Below are positions 25,396 through 33,643 of a DNA stretch of 35,447 bases, piece after piece (position 1 is the stretch's first letter; every line of letters starts with the position of its first letter). Position numbers and translations under genes: made by a program. Origin of the DNA: a virus (lineage: Duplodnaviria > Caudoviricetes). Location: IMG/VR virus record IMGVR_UViG_3300001722_000025, positions 1 to 35,447 of that record, one strand, 5' to 3'. Below the pieces are notes generated by a model that saw only the letters and a program-made list of their open reading frames with translations, was not told the origin of the DNA and searched no databases.

Positions 25396-25448
25396 TTGAC
25401 TAACTCCTAAAGCGGGGTTAAGTTTGCCTTAATCTTAATCTAATTAAG
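25396..25448 (+). promoter_or_regulatory. pL-like promoter with operator palindrome
   Basis: TTGACT (25396-25401)-17 bp-TAAGTT (25419-25424). CTTAATCTAATTAAG at 25434-25448 is the exact reverse complement of 24046-24060. Confidence 0.75.
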
Positions 25449-25457
25449 GCAAAATCA

Positions 25458-25868
25458 ATGCAAACCTTTACCGCCACCGAATTCACAGCACGCAACAAGG
25501 GAGGCCTGTTCACGCAGAGCCAACTGGAAACGCTCGCCTGGATGGCGGAGGGGAAAGAGAACTCCGTAATCGGCGTGCTTCGCGGCCATGGTGAACCCGG
25601 CGCCAAGAAGCTTGCCAGCCAGGTAATGCACAAACTGCAGTGCAACAACCGCTGCCTGGCCATCGCCCGTGCATTCTCCAAAGGCTACCTGATAGCCAAA
25701 TCCTCAACTGCACGCGCCCTTGTTGCTTTCCTTATCGTTCTGAGCGGCATAGCAGCCGGCACCGGTGCGGGCGACCAGCTTATGCGCACAGCCAGCAGCC
25801 GCACCCAGCGCGTACACCGTGTGCGCTGGGAAGAAGCACTGCCAGCCAACTCCGGGAGCGCCGTATGA
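25458..25868 (+). CDS. LuxR/GerE-type HTH protein with a C-terminal hydrophobic segment
   Basis: T.SQLETLAWMAEGKEN..I.......KL...NR..AIARAF.KGYL followed by ALVAFLIVLSGIAAG. Confidence 0.78.
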   Translation: MQTFTATEFTARNKGGLFTQSQLETLAWMAEGKENSVIGVLRGHGEPGAKKLASQVMHKLQCNNRCLAIARAFSKGYLIAKSSTARALVAFLIVLSGIAAGTGAGDQLMRTASSRTQRVHRVRWEEALPANSGSAV

Positions 25869-26167
25869 GCCAGCAAACCACCCCACTGATCGAAGCCGCG
25901 CGCATGCTTGGCATGGGCCCAATAAAGACCTACCACGCGCTGAGAGCACGCAAGATTCTGGACAAAAACAACCTGCCGTACCGCCGGTACGTTAACCAGG
26001 GCCTGTTCACCACAGAGCTCAAATCCTACGAGCACCCAACGCTTGGCCCAAAGCTCTATGCCACACCGAATGTCACTGAAAAAGGCATGCGCTGGCTTGC
26101 CGAGCAGTTCGAGGTGGAAATCGCGCAAACCAACAAAACCTCTGCCCCTCAAGGAGCCATGAACTAA
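25865..26167 (+). CDS. Phage antirepressor KilAC (ANT) domain protein, 100 aa
   Basis: Start at ATG 25865 (ATGA overlap); AA.MLG, N.PY..Y...GLF and T..VT.KG..WL motifs. Confidence 0.85.
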   Translation: MSQQTTPLIEAARMLGMGPIKTYHALRARKILDKNNLPYRRYVNQGLFTTELKSYEHPTLGPKLYATPNVTEKGMRWLAEQFEVEIAQTNKTSAPQGAMN

Positions 26168-26415
26168 TGCACCAGGAACAAAAACCCACAGCCAAGCAAC
26201 TGCTCACCAGCTGGCAGCTGATCTGGACTCGCAAGCTCAGCGGCAAGCCCGAAGAACTGAAAGAGGCCATTGCCAGCCACGTGAAGCTGTTCCCCAAGGG
26301 CAATAGGGCCGAAGCACTGCACCGCACTGAGCGAACAGTGCGCGCCTACACCGCCGACCCTGCATCCATACGCGCACTTATCCAGCGCGGCCAAACCAAC
26401 CTGCGCAGAGCTTAA
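26167..26415 (+). CDS. Hypothetical protein
   Basis: Coupled by TAATG; operon context. Confidence 0.7.
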   Translation: MHQEQKPTAKQLLTSWQLIWTRKLSGKPEELKEAIASHVKLFPKGNRAEALHRTERTVRAYTADPASIRALIQRGQTNLRRA

Positions 26416-26425
26416 GGAGCAGCCC

Positions 26426-26623
26426 ATGGCCACCTTGATCATCCCCGATAACACCCCACAGGCCGAGCTGGACAAGTTCGCCCGCGCCATGGGTAAGCGC
26501 CTGCAGTGCAGAGCCACTAAAGACCAGCAACCACAACCAGAGGAAGTACCTCATGGCCACAACCGCAGCACTTCTGTGCATCAGCCTGCTTTGCGTGTGG
26601 TTGATAGCCAAAGCCACCGTTGA
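26426..26623 (+). CDS. Hypothetical protein
   Basis: TAAGGAG RBS; operon context. Confidence 0.65.
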   Translation: MATLIIPDNTPQAELDKFARAMGKRLQCRATKDQQPQPEEVPHGHNRSTSVHQPALRVVDSQSHR

Positions 26624-26637
26624 AAGGACCCACAGCG

Positions 26638-27063
26638 ATGACATCACCCATGCCACAGCACACAGCAAGCGCGACACCCTCTGGCTCTGCATTCCGCTGG
26701 GAAGCAAAACCCACCGGTTTCGGATCCGAGATCGCGCACGTGCACACCACAGCGCCAGACGGTCGCCTCACTTGGCTGGATCTGAACACCCGCGCACCAC
26801 TAGTACACCGCGCACTCATCACCCTGTTTACCGAGGCCATGCAGGAAACCAGCGACGCCAAACGAGCCGGGCGCTTCCTGCTTTCCCTATGGAGCCCGAG
26901 CCAGTACACGCTGGATCTGAACGATTTGGGTTTTTTTGGCCAGGAACTGAACTTCGCGTGCAGGCACGTCGCCAACTTCATCATCGCGTGCCAGGTGAAC
27001 TTCCGGCAGATCGTCACCCATAGCGAGATGGAACCCATCATCGCCGCCTGGGGAGACAACTAG
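26638..27063 (+). CDS. Hypothetical protein (paralogue of 29485-29880)
   Basis: AAGGA RBS; TS.A.RAGRFLLSLW motif. Confidence 0.7.
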   Translation: MTSPMPQHTASATPSGSAFRWEAKPTGFGSEIAHVHTTAPDGRLTWLDLNTRAPLVHRALITLFTEAMQETSDAKRAGRFLLSLWSPSQYTLDLNDLGFFGQELNFACRHVANFIIACQVNFRQIVTHSEMEPIIAAWGDN

Positions 27064-27065
27064 CC

Positions 27066-27338
27066 ATGAGCAGCCGCACCCAAGAACCGCAGGTAACCGT
27101 TGAACAGCTGGAAACCGCGTTCGATGAACTGGTGATCCACTTCGATAAAACCGTGGCTCAGCTGGAACAGGCCACAAAGCTTGTCGCCAAACAGGGGCAA
27201 CAGCACGCGGAAGCCATTGGCTGGCTGAAAGACATCCGCAAAGCCGCAGGCGCCACCGCACCGGGCGTAAGCCATCACGAACTGTGCCTGTTGATCAAAG
27301 ATTTGCGCCGCCGCGCGTTTGAGCAGGAGCCCAAGTAA
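27066..27338 (+). CDS. Hypothetical coiled-coil protein
   Basis: GGAG RBS; packed in the operon. Confidence 0.7.
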   Translation: MSSRTQEPQVTVEQLETAFDELVIHFDKTVAQLEQATKLVAKQGQQHAEAIGWLKDIRKAAGATAPGVSHHELCLLIKDLRRRAFEQEPK

Positions 27339-27583
27339 TGGCCCGCGCCTGCATGACCAAAACCCACAACCTGGCAGCGCTTATGCGCCTGTCAGATCTG
27401 GAACTCAGGATTGAGATTCAGCAAGCCGCCACGGCGGACCCACTGCAGGGCTTGCACCTGTGCCACGAACTGCTGAATGCGCAGCAGTACCACCCAACGC
27501 GCCGGGGCCTAACAAAACTGGTGGGGCGGGAGGTTGAGCGCATCGGCCAACACGTTACCCAACAACCGGAGGCTTACTTGTGA
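27338..27583 (+). CDS. Hypothetical protein
   Basis: TAATG coupling and AGGAG RBS. Confidence 0.65.
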   Translation: MARACMTKTHNLAALMRLSDLELRIEIQQAATADPLQGLHLCHELLNAQQYHPTRRGLTKLVGREVERIGQHVTQQPEAYL

Positions 27584-27945
27584 GCACCAACAACCGGGGC
27601 ACAGACCTGCCCGAATTCATCAACGATCTGGATGGCGGCGTGTTCGCCGAAAAGGTCTCCCGAGCGCTCAGCGATGTAGCCGCCGGCGTGATCGATTTTG
27701 ACGACAAAGGCGAGCTAACCATAAAGCTCAAACTCGCCCGCATTGGCAACAGCTACCGCGTGGGCATCAAACACTCGCTGAACTACAGCGTGCCAGAAGC
27801 CAACGGCAGCTACAGCTAGGTGAACACCACCGAAAGCGTGATGCACGTAAATCCCGGCGGCCGCATGACCGTGTTCCCGGAAAACCAGCACCAGATGTTC
27901 GGCAAGAAAGGCGAACCCAAAACCCACCAGGAAGATCAGGAGTAA
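27580..27945 (+). pseudogene. YfdP-like protein interrupted by an in-frame TAG at 27817-27819
   Basis: The frame continues after TAG as VNTTESVMHVNPGGRMTVFPENQHQMF...* (TAA 27943-27945), the expected conserved C-terminus; lies upstream of the yfdQ-like gene. Confidence 0.8.
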
Positions 27946-27948
27946 TTC

Positions 27949-28800
27949 ATGGAACTCGCGAAAGACAGCAGCACGCTTGCGGAAATCACCAAGATCGCCC
28001 AGGCCGAAGCCATCCAGAAGCTGATTCAGGATCAAACCGATGGCACCGCCGTCGCAATTCCTGAAGGCGTGAAGGTTGCCGATCTCGAACAGTATCTGCA
28101 AAACCGCCGCCGGTACCGGGGCACCATGAACACAATGGTAATTGATGAGTTCATTGAGTTTGTGACTGCCACCGAAGACAGCTACGGCGTCGCATCCAGC
28201 AACTTTCCCTGCTTTGTAAACCCCGAGGCCATGGCCGCCACCACCTACTTCAATCTGGGCGACACCGATTACCCAGGCCATGGCGACCACCTTGCCAAGC
28301 TAAAACTGAAGCGCACCAGCACCTTCGAAGAAGTGCTGAAGATCAATGGCAACAAGCTTGAGCAACGCGAACTGGCCGAGTGGATGGAAGACTGGGTAGA
28401 TGTGCTCGCAGCCACCAACGAACACGGCGACCCCATACCCATGAGCGCAGCCGTTGCCGGCATACGCCGCATCACCATTGGCAGCAACGCCGAAGCCACC
28501 AGCGAACAAACCAACTTCGGCAGCAAAGTCAGCGCCATGGCAGAGGTGGAAGCCAAGAACCGCGACCAACTGCCAGCCTTTCTGCAGTTCATCTGTGAGC
28601 CCTACCAAGGTCTGAGCGAACGCACCTTCACCTTACGGCTGAACATCATCACCGGAGAAAAGCCCCGCATTGGCGTGCGCATCGTGCGCCTGGAAACCGC
28701 CGAAGAAGAAATGGCGAAGGAACTGGAAGAGCTGCTGCGCGTGGGCTTTGAAGACACAGCCGTTCGCACCTTCGTAGGCACCTTCAACCCCGGCACCTAA
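27949..28800 (+). CDS. YfdQ/DUF2303 family protein
   Basis: RRRYRG, FNLG....PGHGDH.A.L.L..T, Q.ELAEW.EDW and C.PY.GL.ER.F.LRL motifs. Confidence 0.88.
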   Translation: MELAKDSSTLAEITKIAQAEAIQKLIQDQTDGTAVAIPEGVKVADLEQYLQNRRRYRGTMNTMVIDEFIEFVTATEDSYGVASSNFPCFVNPEAMAATTYFNLGDTDYPGHGDHLAKLKLKRTSTFEEVLKINGNKLEQRELAEWMEDWVDVLAATNEHGDPIPMSAAVAGIRRITIGSNAEATSEQTNFGSKVSAMAEVEAKNRDQLPAFLQFICEPYQGLSERTFTLRLNIITGEKPRIGVRIVRLETAEEEMAKELEELLRVGFEDTAVRTFVGTFNPGT

Positions 28801-28808
28801 ACCACCAC

Positions 28809-28865
28809 CAGTTGTTCGGAAATCCCGAACAACTGCATCCGAGAGGGCTTTTACCCGAGAGCCCT
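28809..28865 (+). repeat. Two adjacent intergenic hairpins
   Basis: CAGTTGTTCGG-AAATC-CCGAACAACTG (perfect 11-bp stem) and AGGGCTTTT-ACCC-GAGAGCCCT (two G-U pairs); no U-tract. Confidence 0.7.
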
Positions 28866-28891
28866 GCCAGATGCCAACAAGGAGAACACCA

Positions 28892-29467
28892 ATGAGCTAC
28901 AAAAAAGAACTCGCAGCCGATATGGCCAAATTCTGGATACAGGACAACGCCATCATCATCGACACAGAAACAACTGGCCTCAGCATTACCGATGAGATTG
29001 TCGAAATCAGCGCCATCGACTGCGAAGGCAACGTGCTGATAGACACACTGGTTCGCCCTATGGGTGAAATCGGCGAGCAAGCACAAGCCGTGCACGGCAT
29101 CACCTACGAAGACACTCTGCGCTCGCCCACCTTCAACCAGGTACTCGGCGACCTGATCGGCATAGTCCATGGCCGCACCGTTGTGATGTACAACGCCGCC
29201 TTTGATTGCCGAATGATTCACCAGAGCGCCAAACGCCACAACCTCAGCGCACCCAACATGAGCGCCCATTGCGCCATGAACAACTACGCCAGATTTCACG
29301 GCGAATGGGACCAGAAGCGCGATCAGTGGAAATGGCAATCCCTCGCCAAAGCCGCCCGGCAAATGGGCGTAACCGTGGAAGGCAACGCACACCGCGCCCT
29401 CACCGATTGCCAAACCACACTCGGGCTGATCCGCGCACTGGCGGCCTACCGCCCAATAGCCGCATAG
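28892..29467 (+). CDS. 3'-5' exonuclease, DEDDh/DnaQ family
   Basis: IIDTETTGL, YNAAFD and AHRALTD motifs; AAGGAG RBS before ATG 28892. Confidence 0.92.
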   Translation: MSYKKELAADMAKFWIQDNAIIIDTETTGLSITDEIVEISAIDCEGNVLIDTLVRPMGEIGEQAQAVHGITYEDTLRSPTFNQVLGDLIGIVHGRTVVMYNAAFDCRMIHQSAKRHNLSAPNMSAHCAMNNYARFHGEWDQKRDQWKWQSLAKAARQMGVTVEGNAHRALTDCQTTLGLIRALAAYRPIAA

Positions 29468-29484
29468 CGGGAAGGAGAACCACC

Positions 29485-29880
29485 ATGGAACACATTCAAC
29501 ATCCGGTGTTTGAAGGCAACGTAACCGTGCGCTGCACAGAGCAAGAGTGGTTTGCCAGGCTGGACAAAGAGCGCGAAGACGCCCGCACCCACTTCCAGAA
29601 CAACCCACAGGCCGCAGCACTCAAGCTCTACGACATCGCCAAAGGCGACACCAGCGGAGGCCGCGCAGCCAGTGGCCTGCTGCTGTCGCTATGGAACGAC
29701 AACTACGCCGTGAACATGCGCGACGTAATCTGCACCCTCGACATCAAGAACACCGAAGCCGCCAACGCGCTGCTCGCAACGCTGGGCCCCGGCCACCACC
29801 TGGAACGCTACCTAACGGAAGAGCACATCATTCGCATCATTGATGTGTGGGGCGAGTTTCACGAGAAGCGGAGAGCGTAG
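29485..29880 (+). CDS. Hypothetical protein (paralogue of 26638-27063)
   Basis: AAGGAG RBS before ATG 29485; GDTSGGRAASGLLLSLWN motif. Confidence 0.75.
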   Translation: MEHIQHPVFEGNVTVRCTEQEWFARLDKEREDARTHFQNNPQAAALKLYDIAKGDTSGGRAASGLLLSLWNDNYAVNMRDVICTLDIKNTEAANALLATLGPGHHLERYLTEEHIIRIIDVWGEFHEKRRA

Positions 29881-29881
29881 C

Positions 29882-31483
29882 GTGAACCAGGCAGCCCTAG
29901 ACCTTGGCCACGAACTGGTAATCGATCTGTTTGCCGGCGGTGGCGGTGCCTCTTGCGGAATCGAACAGGGCATTGGCCGCCCCGTGGATGTCGCCGTTAA
30001 CCACGACCCCATGGCCGTAGCCATGCATGAGGCAAACCACCCGGGCACCAAGCACTTTTGCGAAAGCGTGTTCAGCGTAAACCCGGTTGCCGTCACCAAC
30101 AACCAGCCAGTCGGGCTGCTATGGGCATCACCGGATTGCACACACCACAGCAAAGCCAAAGGCGGGAAACCCGTATCGGCAAAGCGCCGGGGGCTGGCCT
30201 GGGTAGTAATCAAATGGGCACGCCGAACCCGGCCCCGGGTAATCATGCTGGAGAACGTCGAAGAGTTTGAAGACTGGGGCCCGGTCATCCCGAAGAAAGG
30301 GCCGGATGGCGAAGTACTCCGATTTCCCGATGGCAAGCCCCAGCTGGTGCCCTGCCCCGATCGCAAAGGCCAGGAGTTCCAAAAGTTCATTGCCCAGCTT
30401 GAACGCCTTGGCTACCAGGTAGAGTGGCGCCCGCTTCGCGCCTGCGATTATGGCGCACCCACCATTCGCAAGCGCCTGTTCCTGATTGCTCGCAGGGATG
30501 GCAGAGCCATCGTATGGCCCAAAGCCTCACACGGCCAGCCTGAATCACTGCCTGTTCGCCGCGGCAAACAGAAGCCATACCGCACCGCCGCCGAATGCAT
30601 TGACTGGAGTATTCCCTGCCCGTCGATCTTTGAGCGCAAAAAGCCATTGGCTGAGAACACCCTTCGCCGCATTGCCAAAGGCATGCAGCGGTTTGTTATT
30701 GAGGCCGCGCAACCGTTCATCATTGCCATTGATCACGGCAGCACAAAAAGCGGCTGCAACTGGAGTGTGCAACAGCCCATCACCACCATCACCACTGAAA
30801 ACCGACACGCTTTTGTGGTGCCAACGCTTATTCAAACAGGTTTTGGTGAAAGGCCCGGACAAGCACCGCGAGCGCCCGGCCTGCACAAGCCCTTGGGAAC
30901 GGTTATGGCTGGTGGCTGCAAGCACGCCCTTGTTTCAGCCTTTCTGGCAAAGCACTACGGTGGAGTAGTTGGCACACCCGTTACCGTGCCAACCGGCACC
31001 GTAACCACTATTGACCACCACGCCGTGGTAGCCGCCCACATGATAAACATGAAAGGCACAGCCAGAAGCGCCCGTGCAGCAACCGAACCACTATCCACCG
31101 TTTGCGCTGGCGCCACACACGCCGGCCTGGTCGCTGCATTCATGGCGCCCTACTACGGAAGCGGATCCGGAGAAACCGGCAGAGACATACGCCAACCTGC
31201 GCCCACCGCAACCACCAAAGACAGGCTGCAGCTGATCACCGTGCAAATAGACGGCGCCACCTATGTTGTCACCGACATCGGAATGCGCATGCTGCAGCCC
31301 CGCGAGCTGTTCAAGGCTCAGGGCTTTCCGGACAGTTACATCATCGATCCGGAATACAGCGGCAAACCCATGCCGAAGTACGCCCAGGTGCGCATGTGTG
31401 GCAACAGCGTGCCACCGGTGTGGCCGCGAGCATTGGTTGAGGCGAACTTTGTTCATGAGAAAAAGCTGAGGGCCACCGCATGA
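29882..31483 (+). CDS. DNA (cytosine-5) methyltransferase, orphan
   Basis: DLFAGGGG, ASPDC, ENV, R.RLF, RML..REL..AQGF and GNSV motifs; GTG start after GGAG. Confidence 0.93.
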   Translation: MNQAALDLGHELVIDLFAGGGGASCGIEQGIGRPVDVAVNHDPMAVAMHEANHPGTKHFCESVFSVNPVAVTNNQPVGLLWASPDCTHHSKAKGGKPVSAKRRGLAWVVIKWARRTRPRVIMLENVEEFEDWGPVIPKKGPDGEVLRFPDGKPQLVPCPDRKGQEFQKFIAQLERLGYQVEWRPLRACDYGAPTIRKRLFLIARRDGRAIVWPKASHGQPESLPVRRGKQKPYRTAAECIDWSIPCPSIFERKKPLAENTLRRIAKGMQRFVIEAAQPFIIAIDHGSTKSGCNWSVQQPITTITTENRHAFVVPTLIQTGFGERPGQAPRAPGLHKPLGTVMAGGCKHALVSAFLAKHYGGVVGTPVTVPTGTVTTIDHHAVVAAHMINMKGTARSARAATEPLSTVCAGATHAGLVAAFMAPYYGSGSGETGRDIRQPAPTATTKDRLQLITVQIDGATYVVTDIGMRMLQPRELFKAQGFPDSYIIDPEYSGKPMPKYAQVRMCGNSVPPVWPRALVEANFVHEKKLRATA

Positions 31484-31983
31484 TCACCGCCCGACTCAAC
31501 ACCCTCATCCAGGCATACCGCCGAAGCAAAGCCCTGATCGGCGACGCAAACCGAGGCATCGCCCTACCCGGTCCAGCCTTCCGCATGTGCCACAAAGTAC
31601 GCCGCGCAGTGTGGGCAGAAATCCAGCGCGTGAGAAACCTGCTCACGAAATCCCGAAACAAAGCACAAAAGCACCAGGAGAAACCCATGGCCTTTACCCG
31701 CGAACTAAACGGCTCCGGCGAAAGCGCGCAAGCCATCAGCCGCCGGCAAGACGACGACGCAATGAAAACCATCATCAGCGCCCTGCAAGATGGCGCCCAC
31801 CTGCGCATCCACACCAAAGTGCGCCGGGCCGCGATAGAAGGCCTGCCCAGCAAAGACATCCGCAACGGCCGAACCATCAGCGCCAACCGCTGCAAACGCC
31901 TCGAGCGCGAAGGCGTACTGCAGGAAGTCGCCTTGGACCGCTACGCCATGCACCCGGATTTCGAACTGGGAGAACTGGGATGA
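31480..31983 (+). CDS. Hypothetical basic protein (possible internal start at 31687)
   Basis: ATGA coupling; the in-frame ATG 31687 has a CAGGAG RBS. Confidence 0.65.
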   Translation: MITARLNTLIQAYRRSKALIGDANRGIALPGPAFRMCHKVRRAVWAEIQRVRNLLTKSRNKAQKHQEKPMAFTRELNGSGESAQAISRRQDDDAMKTIISALQDGAHLRIHTKVRRAAIEGLPSKDIRNGRTISANRCKRLEREGVLQEVALDRYAMHPDFELGELG

Positions 31984-32402
31984 GCAGAACCGAGCGCGAA
32001 AAATTTGAAGACATATTCCCGGTACCGAAGAACGTACGGTGGAATCCGGAGTGGCTTGGCCAGGGCCGCTACGAACCCGTGAACTCAATACTGCAACGCG
32101 ATGCGCCAGAAGCCGCCTACATACATCATCAACTCTGGACAGGCTGGAAAACCGCACGCGAACAACCGACCGAAACCCCAGCAGCTCGCTGGAGAGAAAA
32201 CGGTGAAGCAGATCCGTGCGGTGAAGACAGCTATAACTGCGAACGCGCAAATCTGTGCATGGGCCACCTAACCGATGACGAGCTGGCGAACGAAGTGTTC
32301 CTGTACAACCACCGCATAGGCCTTCGAAGCGCTGGCTACCTCACTGCAGCCAAAGAGCGCATCCGGTGGCTGTCGCGGAAGCTTGAGCAGGACAAACTTT
32401 GA
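31980..32402 (+). CDS. Hypothetical phage protein, 140 aa
   Basis: ATG 31980 overlaps the upstream stop; REKFE...W.GW start and AAKERIRWLSR end. Confidence 0.72.
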   Translation: MSRTEREKFEDIFPVPKNVRWNPEWLGQGRYEPVNSILQRDAPEAAYIHHQLWTGWKTAREQPTETPAARWRENGEADPCGEDSYNCERANLCMGHLTDDELANEVFLYNHRIGLRSAGYLTAAKERIRWLSRKLEQDKL

Positions 32403-32418
32403 GAGGAGAAAAGCAATC

Positions 32419-32586
32419 ATGAAGACAAAAATATTTGCAGCTTTGGCGCTGACCTTTATTTCGCTGAAGCTCGCAGGAGTTATTTCGATTAGCTGGTTTT
32501 GGCTACTAACTCCTCTCGTTGTCGCGGTCGCCTTTATCGTGCTGTTCGCTGTGTCGTTTGCGTTCTCAGAAGATGATAAGGGTTGA
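32419..32586 (+). CDS. Small 2-TM membrane protein
   Basis: GAGGAG RBS; FI.LKL.G.I..SW.W...P pattern common in small phage membrane proteins. Confidence 0.78.
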   Translation: MKTKIFAALALTFISLKLAGVISISWFWLLTPLVVAVAFIVLFAVSFAFSEDDKG

Positions 32587-32590
32587 TGCT

Positions 32591-33643
32591 ATGAGCGATA
32601 ACAGAGAGGCGTTTGAACGAATTGATCGGCTTTTTGTTTCCGGGAGTTCAATACCAGTCGAGAGGGTGACTATAACCAAAGAGATGTGGGACGGAGTAAA
32701 AGCATGGCAAGCCAGTCGCGAGGCAGTGGAGGGTGAGCCGGTCGCGTGGAGCTGGCTAAATCGTGGTAGGCAAGTAACCGTTGATAAAGCATTTGCAGGC
32801 GAGCTAATTGAGGATGGCGAAGTTGTTCATCCGCTCTACACCCACCCTGCCAGCGCCGATATCAGAGAGCACCAACGTAAGTCGTATCACAAAGGACAGA
32901 CCGAGCTGATGGAGCAGTTTTGCGAGGTGGTAAATGGCCTGCTCGATGGAGATTTCAGCGAGCGATCCGGACTTCTTGATCCGTGGAAGAGCACTCACGA
33001 TCGGCTTAGGGATAGTCTGGCCAGCGCCGACAACACAAAGGATCACGCAGTTATTCAGGCTAAAATTTGGGCGCAAGAGGCCAGAACGCAGAAGGCTATC
33101 GTCATGGAAATTGGTGAGCTAGTGGGCTGCGCGAATGATTGGGAAATGGTCGGGGCGGTTCGTATGGCACTGGACCACGAACAGGCTGCGAGTGTGCCGG
33201 AACTCACCAGCGAAATCATTAATGATTGTTGCTGGTTATTTGTAGAAAAAATGCCTCACAACCTACCAGCCCCTATCTTTAACGATCTCAAGCCAGCACT
33301 GCATGAGGCTATTAAGAAGTACCACCACTGGCTCGCCAGTATTCCAGAAAACCTCGGCCAAGCCATCAGCGACTGGCTGGCAGAGCACGGAGACGTAGAC
33401 TGGTGTGACAGCGAGAACGTGGATGCTCTAATCCGGGAAGCAATACTACCCAACGTTGCAAATGAGCAGGCTGTGAGTGTGCCGGAGGGGTGGCGAAAAA
33501 GTCTGGCCGAGATGGTGGATGCCATGAGGGAGTATCAGATGTCCGTTGACGAGGAGCCACCCTATAAGCATAAAGCCATGATGCAGCGGGCTCTATCGTT
33601 GCTTGCATACGTATCACAACCACCAAAACAGGAGGACAAGTAA
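32591..33643 (+). CDS. Mosaic Ea-like hypothetical protein
   Basis: REAFE, AWQA, EPVAW, PLYTHP and VPEGW modules; internal repeats ASAD and EQA.SVPE. Confidence 0.75.
   Translation: MSDNREAFERIDRLFVSGSSIPVERVTITKEMWDGVKAWQASREAVEGEPVAWSWLNRGRQVTVDKAFAGELIEDGEVVHPLYTHPASADIREHQRKSYHKGQTELMEQFCEVVNGLLDGDFSERSGLLDPWKSTHDRLRDSLASADNTKDHAVIQAKIWAQEARTQKAIVMEIGELVGCANDWEMVGAVRMALDHEQAASVPELTSEIINDCCWLFVEKMPHNLPAPIFNDLKPALHEAIKKYHHWLASIPENLGQAISDWLAEHGDVDWCDSENVDALIREAILPNVANEQAVSVPEGWRKSLAEMVDAMREYQMSVDEEPPYKHKAMMQRALSLLAYVSQPPKQEDK

Noticed and set aside
27817-27819. Genome-wide TAG reassignment
   Set aside because: Several genes end at TAG at the expected length, no suppressor tRNA was seen, and this is the only internal TAG noticed.
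28784-29620. 278-aa minus-strand ORF, and others antisense to the pL operon
   Set aside because: Shadows of the exonuclease, YfdQ-like and methyltransferase genes.
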